From Rhizaria sp. SCN 62-66 (lineage: Eukaryota), in NCBI GenBank assembly GCA_001724265.1, contig MEDY01000185.1:1-55318 (forward strand): DNA of 55,318 nucleotides, in the 5' to 3' direction. Numbering within the stretch: the stretch's first letter is position 1; each line of letters begins with the position of its first letter. Below, in pieces: positions 33,150 to 46,038 of the stretch. Under the pieces are notes generated by a model. The model was given only the letters and a program-made list of their open reading frames with translations. It did not search any database and was not told where the DNA came from. Position numbers and translations under genes: made by a program.

Positions 33150-34075
33150 GTGTAGCTGTTGCGCGGACGAGTAACAGCGTGCCCGTCGGTAATGACAGCA
33201 ACAGCAACGACACAGCGACTGCTACTAAGCTCGGCAAGACACCGACGAAGCCCAGCGCGGCGACGCGTGCGTGCAGCGACGGCAATGCAATGACCGCGCT
33301 TGACTATGTGGCGAGTGTCGCGACTCCGATCGCGACGGTCGGCACTGGCTTCATCGGCAGTGCACCTGAGTCAAGAGCTGTCGCCGTTCCAGAGACCGAC
33401 TCTGAGCACTCTGACACTGACAGTGACAGCGATACTGCCAATGACACGGGCCCAGACTCAGATTGTGGCGGCAACGGCGTGGGCAATGACAGTCACAATG
33501 TACGCTTTGCTGGTTCGGCGATGGGAGGTGGCATACGCTCATTAGCTGCTCTCGATTCTGACTCCGACTCGGATTCTGCCACTGACAATGACGGCGACAA
33601 CGACATTGACAGCGAGAGTGACAGCGACGCGGGCTCGGACTCTGCTGACTCCACAAGCAACTGGAATAATAGCAACAGCAATCGTGTGACTGGCGCAGGT
33701 CTGTGGGGCTTCACCAGCCCGACGACCACGACTAAGTCCTCATTAGCCGACGACTCTGACCCGTTCACTGCTGCGAACTCAAGCATGCACGCCAACGTTG
33801 CTCTGCGCAGTAACGTCGCTATCCCGAGATCGGCCGATGACACGACTGCGAACAGCACAAGCCGCGGCGACCGTGGTGGCAGCGTCGCCGATAGTAACGG
33901 GGCGGAGGACAGTGAGGCCGGGCAGGGGTCGCTGTGGGGCACTGGCGAACTGTTCGGAGGGCTGTCTGACACGAGGGACTGGATGGAGATTAAGCCGCAG
34001 CAGCAACACAAGGCGAAGGCGAAGACGCAGCAAGGGGACAGCAACAGCAATGCAGTTTTCAACAAGAAGACCTAA
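29522..34075 (+). CDS. GTPBP2: GTPBP1/GTPBP2-family translational GTPase (~1517 aa) with an in-frame TAG at 30500-30502
   Basis: The N-terminal PPECYTGNCEYKWQLV..LSTQMRYRLAEGNG...YRLGVMDSG matches the GTPBP2 N-domain. G1 (GPSGSGKST) and RHAHELWTGRSSS precede the TAG. G3 (LIDLAGH), G4-like LTHAD, G5 (FPVSAVTGSG) and EF-Tu-like beta-barrels follow in the same frame, since ORFs 29522 and 30509 are co-frame. Ends in TAA. Confidence 0.85.
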
Positions 34076-34578
34076 GATATTACTGCGGTCGTAAAAACAA
34101 TAACAACAACAACACAAACTACAAGACAGTTAAATATCTGTAGTATTCTCTCACACATTCATCATTGTTCGCAGAGGTAGCAATTTGACACAATTGTGCA
34201 AGAGCGTTCTAGACGACTGACTGAAACAAGGTCATGATCGATCTAAATATCATACTTTCACTTTTAAATTTTAACACATAACTTTTATCACAACAATAAT
34301 CACAATAATCACAAATATAAACCTTATAAACAAAGAACCGAAGCTTCGCTATCATCGAAAGAAAACATGCATTACTGTATTCTGTATCCAATGCATTGCT
34401 TAGCAGAAAAAATCAACTAGATAGCTCGTCATTTCAGAACAAACATCCGTGCACTCATGCTCAATTGCCGATACTGATTTAATATAGTCAGAAAGCTGGG
34501 CTCAGTGTGAATGCTCACATGTGATGTACTCTCATCAGTTGTGGCCAGCGGTCACTTGCGTGCGCTGCTCACAGTCGC

Positions 34579-36018
34579 TCAAGCGCTCAGACCGGCGCGG
34601 GCACGGTTCATCCGCTCCACCTCCCTCTCGTGTTCAGCGTCAACGGCAGCGGGCTCGTCGCGAGGGTCAGCCTCCCCTTCGTACTCATCCTCATTCGCAC
34701 CCGCATTCGCGCCAGCAGCAACAGCATCATCGCCTCCTTCCTCTTCATCGTCACCACCAGCTGCCTTGCCAGGCTTACCCCCCGCAGCAACACCAGTGGT
34801 AGCGGTGCCAGAGCCCGCGCCCGAGCGGCCGCTGAGCACCGCTGCGTTGCCGGCCCTGAGGTTCCCCCTCTGCGGCAGCCTCGCCGACACGACCCTGACG
34901 CGAAACACACATCCCTGGCGCAGCGCGGCCCAGCCAGCCTCGTCGAGCCCGCCGCCGGCCCCCGCGCCGCCGCCGGTGCCCGAGCCCGACCCCGAGGAGT
35001 AGCCCTTGCCGCCGGCGTCGGGCGCCGCCACGGTGATGTATTGCAGCGTCCCTTCGGTCACGAGCGCGCAGGACGGAGTGCGCGGCACGTCTTCGAGAGC
35101 GGCGGTGATGGCCAGAGCGGAAGCTGCGGCCGCCGCGGGATCAAGCGGAGCTTGTTGCTGGGCGCCGCGGGTGCCCGGCGCGGTCGCGGCAGAGGCGGCG
35201 ACGGCGCTCGCGTCATTTGTGCTGTTGTTGTTGCTTGCGGAGGCTGCGGCGGTGTTTGGAGAAGGGGCAATGATACCACGCAGTGTGAACGTGCAGTTAG
35301 CCTGCGTCACCAGCTTCAGCGAGTCCTCCGTGATTGAGGTGGGGATACCGGAGGACTGTGACTCGCCGAAGACGTACGCACGGACGCGTTGTGTGAAAGC
35401 GAGGTCCTTGGAGAGGCCGCCCATGGAGCGCTTGAGAGTGGCGTCGGTCCAGTCTGAGTTGGGCTGCATGCAACTCAGGCAAATGCCACCAGAACTGAAC
35501 AAAAAATGTACGCAATACGTAACCGTAAGTTGTGATATATGGAAGAGATGTTTCGATAAGCATACGTAGAAAGAAGATACAGTGAGTTAGTGATGAGGTG
35601 AGAAGATTCGTACCGATTCCACGCTTGGGGGAAGTTCTTGTCGCAGCGCTTGTTAGGACATGCTGAAAACCTATGTTGGCGCAACAAACGGCGCGTGGAT
35701 GATGGAAATGTTTCGTCGGGCGCCATGTAGATGCCGTCAAGGATACCAGAGACAACCTCGACTTGGACGAGAAACGATCGCTCAGAGCCCAGTGTCGAGT
35801 ACGCAGGGATCGGGAGCGTGAAGAATGCGTTCTCGCCCGGACCAACGCTATATAAAGCAAAGAAGAAAGCATCATGTGCGCGTGTGTAAGACCTAAAACT
35901 GGTTTAAGGGTAAAATAATGTTACAATGTGGCCGGGAAGAGATGACGTACGCTCGTTCAACCCAGTCCTCATTGAAGTTGAGGCTGGTGGCGCTGACGGG
36001 GGCCAACGTGTTACCCAT
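34579..36018 (-). CDS. Unknown protein (~405 aa), possibly N-myristoylated, with a CxxxxC..CxxC cluster; exons 36018-35951, 35847-35614, 35494-34579
   Basis: Starts MGNTLAPVSATS. Two phase-2 GTACG...AG introns (35950-35848, 35613-35495) give a continuous frame containing CPNKRC..GICLSC. Ends in TGA. Confidence 0.75.
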
Positions 36019-36419
36019 CGTTTATAATTTAAACACCAAATAGAATATTCACTATTTATTCGTGACAAAATAGTCTGAAGTGTACAGACGGAAGGTTGAT
36101 GTCTCAGAAGAGCCCCAAAGTTGTGAAATTTGGTGTTGAGTCAAGCAAGATTTTTCGCGAACCGCATGCCATCGGATCGCCGACCACGTCGTCAACGCAC
36201 CCTGTGCGCATCAGTTTCGTGTCTTAATCTTCCGTTGACGGAAACAACAGTAAGACAACCAGCAACCAAGTTGTGTGTTGTACTTCTTGCTTATTTTTAG
36301 TAACGCCAGAAGTCGTTTAACCCCGTTACCCAGCCTTCGGTTTACAGGCAGCCCCAGCCCCTCGCGCACCGCACCATCGACTCCGCGCCCCGAGCCGCCC
36401 ACGCTTGACTTTTCGCGCT

Positions 36420-39400
36420 ATGGCCAGTGATACCGTGGACAACGCTCGCCGCGGGCGTCAGCTTATCACGCGCATTGGCTTTATCATCGTCCTTTGCTTT
36501 TTCGTCGCGCTCGTGACTGTCAGGTACGTCCCACCACGAAATCAACCCGATTACTCAGCATCTTGCCGATCCCCGTCCTTTGCATTTCCTCATCACAACA
36601 ACACTCTCGTGCGCTCTGATTGTTCCCTCGTTATAGCATGGCTCCTGTTGGTACTGGTAACGCGTTCATGCGTTCGTCCCTCACCTCTGCGCCCGGCGCC
36701 AGCGGCGGCGGTTTAGCCACGGGCGTGGACGGCACTGCCGCCTCGGCCGCCGCCGCCGCGCCGTCTTACTATGAGCACATTCAGGGTGCCCTCGCGCGCG
36801 CGTCGTCCGCGCTGCCGTTCTTCGGCCCAGCCGCGCCGCAGGACCCGCTGGCGCATCTGCGCGCGCGTCCGCGCGTCATCGTCTCCTTGACGACGATCCC
36901 GGACCGCATTTTCCTGCTGCGCAAGACGATCGAGTCGCTTTTGGAGCAAACGGCGCCCGCAGATGAAATTCTCCTTAATATCCCTTACAAGGTACGCAAA
37001 GCGCATTAAATCCTTTGTACCAAACTCCGTTTCATCGATTTAGCTTTGTATGACTTTTCATCTCATGTTTTCTATGTCTTCCTGTGTTTCTTTGCTTGTG
37101 TTAGTCTCGTCGTTTCGTTGACGACGACGATAAGCCCCTAGAGTATGTGATCCCATCGTTTATTGCGAACGAGCCACGCGTGACGGTGCACCGTATCCCC
37201 AACGACTCTGGTCCGGCAACGAAGTTTATCCCCGCTATTGAGCGTGAGCTTGACGAAGGACGCTGGGACAGCATCATCGTCATTGGTACGTTCCACAAAA
37301 CACTGAAATAAATGAATAAGATATCATGTCTTTAGCATGATATGTATTTATAATGTAGTAGTTCATTAATATTGTTTCACTTTAGTTTTGTCTCAATATG
37401 TTCTCATCCTGGTGTTTATTCATCAAAACATTGTGTGCGTGTTTTTAAACTCTCATAGCGGACGATGACGTTGACTACCCTCCTGGGTGGCTCGAGACCT
37501 ACCTCTCCCACTACCTCTCCGATCCGTCACTGCATGGCTCAGCTCTGGGCATGCGCGGCTACTGCATCCCTCCGGCCAACATCTGGGACTGGAAAATCAT
37601 CTCTCAAATCGCGCAGACAGGCGTCAAACTCACTGAGCGCGCCAAGGTGGACGTTTTGACCGCGAATCACGGGATTTTGCTGCGCCCGTACTACTTCAAG
37701 TACATGGGGCCCGCGATCAAGGATGATTCACCTGAGTCTGCGTACTACATGGATGACATCTGGATCAACGGTATCCTCGCTATCAATAACGTCACCAAGT
37801 ACGTCATTCCCGCAGCCGCTGACCCGACGCACCGCAAAGTCGTCCAAGTCGCCACAAACACGCTTGAGAACGTGCCCGCTGGCCGCGCGTACCACAACAA
37901 CATCCTCATGACGCATTTCGAGGATCACTGGTCCAACTGCCCTCTCCCGGCGGACGCAGAAGTCGCGAGCTACTACATGCGCTACACCGCCCCCAGCAAA
38001 AAGCACCTCAACCCGCCCCGTGAGTTGCCCAAGTTTGAGTGGAACACCGAGCGTTTGGACACCGTCGCCAAGGCCCACCAGGCCGACAAGGACGCCGCGG
38101 CCGCGGGCGACGGCGCCGGCGTCGGTGGCAGAAAGGGCGGCGCGCTGCTCGCAGCGCTCCAGTCGATCCAGGCTGAGGCCGTGAAGGAACTCACTCAAGG
38201 CACCGCGGGTACCTCGGGCTCCGCCGGTGAGGTGAGTGACGCGACAGTGGATGAGGTCTTCCAGCGCACGCTCTCGCGGCTCGCGGCTGCCAAGAGTGGC
38301 GACTCCACGGGCAGCGGCGGCGCGTTGGGGGCCGTTGTGGATAAGGCGTCGATTGCGTCGTTGTTTGCGGAGCGGAAGAAGCTTAGGGAAGCGATGGCGG
38401 CTCGCCAGGCCGCCGCCGCGACTGGCAACGCTGCCGCCTCCGACTATAGTTCGAGCTCTAGCTCTACTGCTGGCTCTAGCACTGGTTCTGCCTCTGGCTC
38501 TGCGAAGTCTGGTTCAGGGAGCTTTGGTGACACCCAGTCGATTCTCGCGGCAATCAAGGGGTCCACAAAGGACACTTCGAGTCAGCTGCCACCGTCCCCG
38601 CCTGCGTATGTCCCTCCGTCCACTGCCACCAACACTGCATCTAAGTACGCGAGCGGTTACGGCAGCGACAACTACGGTGCCGGCTCCGTCAAGAGCATCC
38701 TTAACAGCGCCAGCGCCAATAAGAAGGATGGCGATGAGGGCGCGGTCTGGTTCGGCCCCCGTCCTACTGCCGGTCGCGCCGGCAGCAGCTCTGACAAAGA
38801 CAAGGCGGACAAGGAGAGCAGTGAAAAGAAGACCAGCCCCGGCGGCGGTTATGACTACGGCGGCGGCGACTACGCTTACTACATGCGCCGCGTGACCAAG
38901 GGCATCAACCTCAAGGACCTCGCGGCGCAGTTTGACGGCACGGCGCGGCCGCCGACCGACGCTGAGCTTGCGGCGATGATCAAGAAAGAGAAGGAGGCGG
39001 AGGAGAAAGCGCTGGAGCGCGAGCGCGAGCGCGAGCGGGAGATGTTTGCCGCAGAGCGTGAGGCGCGGCTCAAGACACGGCTTGAGCGCGAGCAAGCCGA
39101 CGCGGACAAGGACAAACACGGCGATCAAGACCGCAGCTTGAGTCAGGGCCACAGTGCACGCGAGCGTGAGAGCGCGCGCGAGGAGAGTGAGGCAGCGGTG
39201 GCCAAGGCAAAGCGCAGTGATTCGCTTGAGAAGTGGTTCTCTGAGCGCGGTGTGCATTTGCCCATGAAGCCCGCGACGGGTGCCGCGGGTGTTGGCGCGA
39301 GTACGGGGCTTTACGATGGGTACCGTTCGGATAAGATTTCCGCCTCCGCGCTCCTCAGCTCAACTGCGCCCCCGACTCTGCTCTCCAAGTCATCCAACGG

Positions 39401-39548
39401 CAATAGCGAGAGTAACGGCAATAGCAAGCCCAGTGCGTCGAGTACGGAGGGCGGTGCTGGTGGTGATCGGAAGATTTCACTGAAGAACGGTGGGGAAGTG
39501 TCGCTGGAGGAGGTTCTGGCCGCGCTGCAGCAGATGCGCAAGAAGTGA
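36420..39548 (+). CDS. Type II membrane GT-A fold glycosyltransferase (~909 aa) with a long disordered/coiled C-terminus; exons 36420-36523, 36637-36991, 37105-37285, 37459-39548
   Basis: The N-terminal TM segment is IGFIIVLCFFVALVTV. Motifs include VIVSLTTIPDRI, IESLLEQT, DSGPATKFIP, the DxD motif IIVIADDDVDYP, and MDDIWING. Three GTACG...AG introns preserve the frame. Ends in TGA. Confidence 0.85.
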
Positions 39549-40156
39549 CTCGTGAGCAACTGAAGCTAAACTGTATAAAAATAACTTGAAGTGAGGGTCG
39601 TTTCATTGTGATGGCCATTCATTTTTTGGTGGATGATGTATTTTGTTGTGAGTATTAATAACAATATGTTTGTAGTCTTCGTTGACAATACATTAGAACC
39701 AGACCATTGATAATGTGAGTTTTGTTGATGAATCAGGGAAACTGAGTGGCTTCTAGTCTATTTGGCATACTCGTACATCTGTATGCGACTTTGATCTACA
39801 ATCAGGGAATTGCGTCATGTAAACATGGCGAGAGTTGATATCTTTGAAGTATTATCTATATTATTATATACAGCAAAGTGATAACGCATATGATCCTCTT
39901 CAACTGTTTCTTTTGTTGATTCATGTAGCGGACATTGCGAGGAAAAGGTACTCCTGTATGTCGGGACAGTAATTTGTATTAAAACCAAAGTCATTAATTT
40001 CGAAGGTAGATTTACATTACACATACACACAGACATGTTCATATGATGAGGCCTACACAAACATCAATACAAAGCATACACAAGCAACACAGAAGTGCAG
40101 TAAAGTCACCAGTTCGTAACACGTGTTTCAACTTGCACTTAATCACAGTGGGCTTA

Positions 40157-43126
40157 TTAAACGAGTCCAGCAATTGCAAAGACAATTGCGGCGGCGCTTG
40201 TTGAAACTGCAGCAAGCCAGCCGACTTGACCGCCACTGCCCGCAGTCACCGCGCTGTTTTGTGCTGTTGCTGTGGCGCTGTATGCAACGCACAGTCCCGC
40301 GCTGCCGCAAAGCGAGCTCGCGCAATCGGCATGCGCAGAGCAGCGGCGACCCGTTACGCAAGGAAAGCAGCCGCCGCCGCAGTCCACATCGGTCTCTTTA
40401 GCGGTGATCTTGTCGTCAAGGCACGTCGCCGGGAGCGAGAACGACTCCGGGTAGCCAATGTCGACAATCACGACGCCGTTCGTCGTTGCCGTAGTGACGG
40501 AACCCGCGGACACGAACATGCCCAGCGCTTTGCCCACCGCCTCAGCGATGGCAGCACGGCGCGCGGTAACCGTAATTTTCCCAGTTGCGAGGTCCGCCAG
40601 CGACGCGAGCTCAGTCACGGGACCAGTGGGGATGCCCACAGTCACTTCAAGCGACTTTGTGCCGACTGTGGTTGAGCTCGACCCAGTGGCGGAAGCTCCA
40701 GAGGCAGTGGTGGCCGCAGTTGCGGCACGGGCGGGGTCGACCATGCGCTCACGCACAATGCGGGGCTTGCCGTCGTCGCGGGTAATCGTCGCAGACTGGC
40801 CAAGTGCGCTGGCGACGGCGGCGGTGACCGCGGCTGACTCAGCGACTGTGAGCTGGCGAGTGAGGGACGGGATAGACAGCGGCAGAAGCAGGAAGTCGGT
40901 GACCGCAAGCTTTGAGAGATCAGTAACCGACGGAGTGGTCACTGCGGGCGTGGTTGTGGTTGTTGGTGTCGTAACGACTGCGGGCGTGTCGGGCGCAATG
41001 CGGGAGATGAGCACATTCTGGGAGAAAAAGATTGGCTTGATCTCGCTGTTAGTGCCCACGACAGCGGTAACGCGCACTGAGTCGGCGTCGATCTCAGGCG
41101 CAAGCATGTTGTTGCAGATGAGCTTCAGTGTTGCCGATGAGGAGCCGGCGAGGCGCACTGAGGTTGCAGTAATGCGGTGCACGAGCGTGTATTGATGGTA
41201 CGCAACTGCGGTGCGCATTTCACTCACGCTCATGTCAGTCGACAGAGTCGGCGTCGCTGTTGCCGTTGTGCCAGCGCTGTCACCCACAGGTTCGAACGAA
41301 GTGAGCCCGCTCGCAGTCGTTGTGACGCCGGAGTTCAAAGTCAGCTCGAGGTGACACGCGTCTTCGCCCTTGCCAGCGCCGGTGTAATGGTACCATCCCT
41401 GCGGCAGCCCAAGCAGTAGCTGGTCGCCCTCGGCCATTGCAGTGGGGAACGCCGCAAGAGTGAGCTCCACACGCGCGAGCCCGGTCTCAGTGCTAATCTT
41501 GGCGGTTAACGTGGCGGTCGAGAACATGCTCGGAGCAGGTTCGATCGCTGGGATAACGACGGTTGCGCTCGTGGCCTTGACTCCCGCATCAGAGAACATT
41601 GCAGCGGCGGCAATAACTTGCGAACGCGCAGGACCCATATGAGCGCCGGCACAAGTGACTGCGACTGCGTTACTGACGCCCGACTCTGAAATGGCGGCAA
41701 TGTCACCAGGATACGACACTGCGAGCGTGTTGTTGATGAAAGCGCCGGTAGCACCGGGGACGTTGTTGATAACGCACTCGATGTGGTTGGGGTTCGCGAA
41801 AACAAAGGGCGCATCTGTCGTGCTGACAGCAGCAGTCGTCGTGCTTCCACTTGTAACCGTAGCACTGGGGAGCGCAAGAGCGATGAAGTCGCCCTTCTTG
41901 TAACCCCCAGCGATGCCCGCGAAAGCGACCACGATGAGAGAGCTGGCGTGGGCGTACGGGTGCGACAAAGCGACACGCGTGGTGGAGCTCTCAGTTGCAA
42001 TAGTGCTGGGGAAAACTGCGATGTCGTCAGCGACGGTGATGTGACGGCCCTTGGTCTTGTACAGCTGCACGATGCGCGTCGGTGTCTCAGCGGAGCTCGC
42101 GTAAGACGGGAACTGCACCGTAGAGCAAGTGACTGTGTCGATGGGGACACCAGTGTTGTCGCTGTAGGATCCGTTTTCCGGCAGTGCAACGCCGTACCAC
42201 GGCAGCGCTGCTGATGTCGTGTTGTCAGTGCTGCTGGAGCCAGATGCGCCGAGAGCGCCGACATACACGGGCGTGAGAGGCAGCACCATTGCCGCGCTAA
42301 CTGTACACACGGTCTGGTCGGTGAGCGCAAAGCCAGTGGGAAGCTGGAAGAAGAACGCGCTTCCGGGCGACAGAGGGCGCGCAAAAGGCGTAATGCGCCA
42401 CTTAATCGAATTGTCGTAGACTGAGTTCGTGTGGCCGGTAATGGTGACTGTGGCGCGACCAGAGTAGCGGCTGGACTGGAACGGCACGGTCATCGTGCCG
42501 GAGCGGAGGACAAGCTCAAACGCGTCGACGCGGAAAGTCAAACCATCCTCTGCGGAGGACACGGGCACAGTAAGCGGCGAGCAAATGATGACGACGTTAC
42601 TGCCACGCGCAAAGCTAGAGGCAGGCGTAAGCTCGACGCGAATGTAAGAGATCTCCTCACCATTGCGGTTCGGGAACGTCGTGAGCAAAGGGATGCCGTT
42701 GCCAAGGCAGGAAGCCTGTGACGCTCCGGTTGTTCCCTCAGGAACCTCAAACTGGAGGTAGTGGCGCGGCAGGATGGCGACGGAGAGCGAGTTCAGCGTG
42801 AGGGTGAGTGTGGCGCCAGTGGAGAAAGGACGCGAGTTGAATGCCATGCTGCCGCTCATCGCGAGCGTTGTGCTCGGCGAGACCACAGGCGGAGTCGAGT
42901 CTGTAGGCAGACTAGGAATTGCGATAGACGCGCTAGTTGCTAACGCGATCGCGAGCAGGGACTGGGAGAAGAGCGAACGAGTTGTTGTTGTTCAAGTGAG
43001 CGCAAAGACTGATTTCATGTCAAAATAGCAACGACAAGATTAAAGCTGCTTGTTAAAACGTACAGAAAATAAAGCTGCAGCAAACAATACAGCCCTCGCT
43101 TTGAAGGTGTGCAGACCGGGACGCAT
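40157..43126 (-). CDS. Secreted or GPI-anchored surface protein (~955 aa) with a C-terminal ETDVDCGG Cys-rich module; exons 43126-43064 and 42961-40157
   Basis: A signal peptide (MRPGLHTFKARAVLFAAALFS|SLLAIALATSA) spans a 102-nt GTACGT...CCCAG intron. The body is Thr/Ser-rich and beta-rich, and contains CLDDKITAKETDVDCGGGCFPCVTGRRC....DCASSLC. The C-terminus is hydrophobic. Ends in TAA. Confidence 0.82.
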
Positions 43127-43702
43127 TGTGTCCCTCATGTCTGCAATGTAAAGTGGCGAGAACAAGTTGGCGACTTGAAGCTGTGAGTGAAAAACAAGAC
43201 GGTTTATAGCAAGAGACATCACATATGAACATAGTACAAGCGATAGAGATTTACAAGAGCATATGCTCTACCCATATATTTGTATGCATTTTGCTACAGT
43301 TTATTTCAGCGGACTATTCCACCTGAACAAATCGTGTCAAGAGTGGCCTCGAAGTTCATGACGGCTGAAAGCAACAAACGAGTTTATGCTCACAGTCGTT
43401 TTATTGTCAGAGATCATCACTCACGCGAAGTCTAAGTCGTGAGGATATGCGTATGAGAACTTGAAGTCATACTGAAAAGAGTTTCCGTTATTCAAGGAAT
43501 AAAGTGTATTTTTAGTTGGAGTTGACTGAGTGCAAGAAAACATTTCCGTCAAACGCACATTGCCGTTTTGTCAGTCAGCTTTTGGAACAAGAGTTCATTC
43601 CCGATTCATTATCTTGATTTGGAGAACAGACAATAAACAGAAGGTATCGGCACACTTCCGTGCCAACAGCAAGATAAACGGACTTATGAAAACGAAATAT
43701 AT

Positions 43703-44541
43703 TTAGATCTGACGGTAAACGTCGTCGTCGTTGAGCAGAGCAGAGTTGGCCTGCTGGCGCTGCTTCTTGCGGCGCACAATAACAATAGCAACCACCACAA
43801 GCACGATGATGCCAATGACAATCGCGGCAATGGCGCCGTCAGACAGACCGCCGCCGCTCGCCGCCTTCACGACGGTGAACTTCGCGGCAGTGATGGTGGC
43901 GACGACGCCGTTGTCCTCCAGCGCGAGCGCATAGACGCCGAGGGCCGGGACGGTCACCTTGGGGAAGACGACAGTGGTCGCGGTCTCCTGCACGCCGACG
44001 CCGGCGGTGGGGACGATGTTGGCGTTGCTGTCGACGATGACAAAGCGGTAGGGAAGCACAGGGGAGATCGCGGACTTGAGGGTGAAGGTAAGCTGGGCGG
44101 CATTCTTGATCGTAACCTTGCTCTCCTTGCTCTCAGCAACAACCTCGGCAACGGTGTTGACGCTGAACGTGGCAAACTTGGGCGGCTTGCCCTCGGCGAC
44201 GGCAAGCTTCAGCGTGAACGCGGCGGTGCCCACAGTGGCGGTCTCCGGGAGAGCCGGGAAGTCGCAGGTGACCAAGTTATCTTCCGTGCTGTCAATGCTG
44301 GTGCAGTGCACGGCCTCGGCGAGCCCAGGAACAGTGGCGTAGATGTCGGTCACACCCTTGAGGCCCTTGCCAAGGAAGCGCAGACGCGGGGTAGCAGTGG
44401 CGGACTTAAGGAAAAGCGCGTGCGGCAGCGTCTTCGTGACGTAGGCGTCCGTGGAGATGTCCTCGGAGGCGGTGACGGTGAAACCGGGAATGTCGCAGTA
44501 CACGACGTCGTCGTCGGTGCGCTCGCCAATCTGAATGAAGA

Positions 44542-44576
<35 letters not shown>

Positions 44577-46038
44577 GAACAAAATGAGCAGTATATCGAT
44601 GAGATGACGATGGTTCTCGATATAACTTTGAATTTATACGTATAATCAACAAATATATAGTTTGGTAGAAATTTACGTTACAATGTGGATAAATCATTGC
44701 GCTATGATGAGATAAGAGACGTACCTGGAAGGTGATGCGGGCGGCACCGGGAGCGATGACCGAGCCCTCAACAGGGGTGACAAGCATGACACCAGCCTTA
44801 GTAGACAGAGGGAACTGCTCAACCGTCGCGGCGGCCTCAAAGTAGCCAATGCGGGTGGTGATCTTGCGCGTCAGAAGGTCCTTGGTCATGCGGACAACGA
44901 ACTCGGCCGAACCCGAAGCGACAGCGGCGGCCGACGCGGTTGCCGGGAAAACATCCGAGGCGAAGTCGCAGGCGGGCAGGGAAAGCGCGCTGGGCTTGGC
45001 GGCCGTGACGACAGCGCCGGCGACGGAGTTGTCCTCGCCGATACCGAAGATGTAGTTACCAGCGGTACACTCCTCGCAATAGAAGCTGAAGGAAAGCGAG
45101 AGGCCGTCAGCGGCCCAGGCGGCGTTCTTGGCGTTGCTGGCGTCGACGCCCGTGAGGGCCGTGTCGAGCAGGATGGGGCGCCACGGCTGCTGGGTCAGAG
45201 TGGGAATGGCCTTGGCGAGCTTGATGGTGACGAGGGTGGGCACAGTCGCGTCGACCGAGTTGGGCTTGACCTCGACGATCTCAGGCAGCTCAGTGCCAGC
45301 GAGGGACTCGATGTCGAACGAGAAACCCTCGGTGAACGCGGTCGCATCAATGGCGTCGCGGAAGCCCGCAAGCGCGAGCGCGGCGGTCTGCTCGGCGGTG
45401 CGCTCAGCAGCGGTGTAGAGAGACATGCGGATGGGGGCGTTCTTGGGGATCTTGTCCTCGACAAGCTGGGGCAGAACACACGACAGGATGAGCTTCGCGG
45501 CGTTAAACTGGAGGTTAGTGCAGGCGACGCCGGCCGCGGTGGGGTCGGCGGAGCCGGCGAGGGCAACGTGGGCGACCTTGTTGAGGTCGGCGCCCTTGAT
45601 GCGGATGCGGGTGACGGCCTTGGCGGCGGGGTAGTAAAAGGACGGCGAGTACTCATTCACGGCGGGAGTGCCGGCAGGGTTAACAATGAACGACAGGGAG
45701 CCGCCCTCGAAGGCCTTCTCGCCCGTGGGGGTGAGAAGCGCGAGCTTGCACTCGGCGGCCTCGGTCACGCGGTCGCGGAGACGGACGACGGCCGAGAGCG
45801 CCGTCGTGCCGGAGACGAGGATGACAGGGAGGTCGCAGACCGTAGCGGTGTACTTCACCGCGGGGTCAAAGTTGGTGAAACCGGAGAGCTGGAACCGTAC
45901 GGGAGTGGGGTAAGTGGTGCCGGTGATGAAAGTCCGCGGGTAGTTAACAGCGGTGCCGGCAGCCGAGGCCACGGAGGCCAGCGCGGCCAGCGCGGCGACG
46001 AGCAGGGCGCTCGAGGCGAAGAGGGACTTCAGCGTCAT
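43703..46038 (-). CDS. Type I membrane protein (~713 aa) with Ig-like/IPT-type beta domains; exons 46038-44725 and 44530-43703
   Basis: The signal peptide is MTLKSLFASSALLVAALAALASVASA. A phase-0 GTACGT...TTCAG intron (44724-44531) joins the two track ORFs. The TM segment AIAAIVIGIIVLVVVAIVIV is followed by RRKK. The cytosolic tail has LL and a terminal YRQI (YxxPhi sorting signal). Ends in TAA. Confidence 0.88.
44548..44575 (+). repeat. Poly(A)28 tract, which is poly-T on the coding strand, inside an intron near the 3' splice site
   Basis: Seen directly; it lies within intron 44531-44724. Confidence 0.9.
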
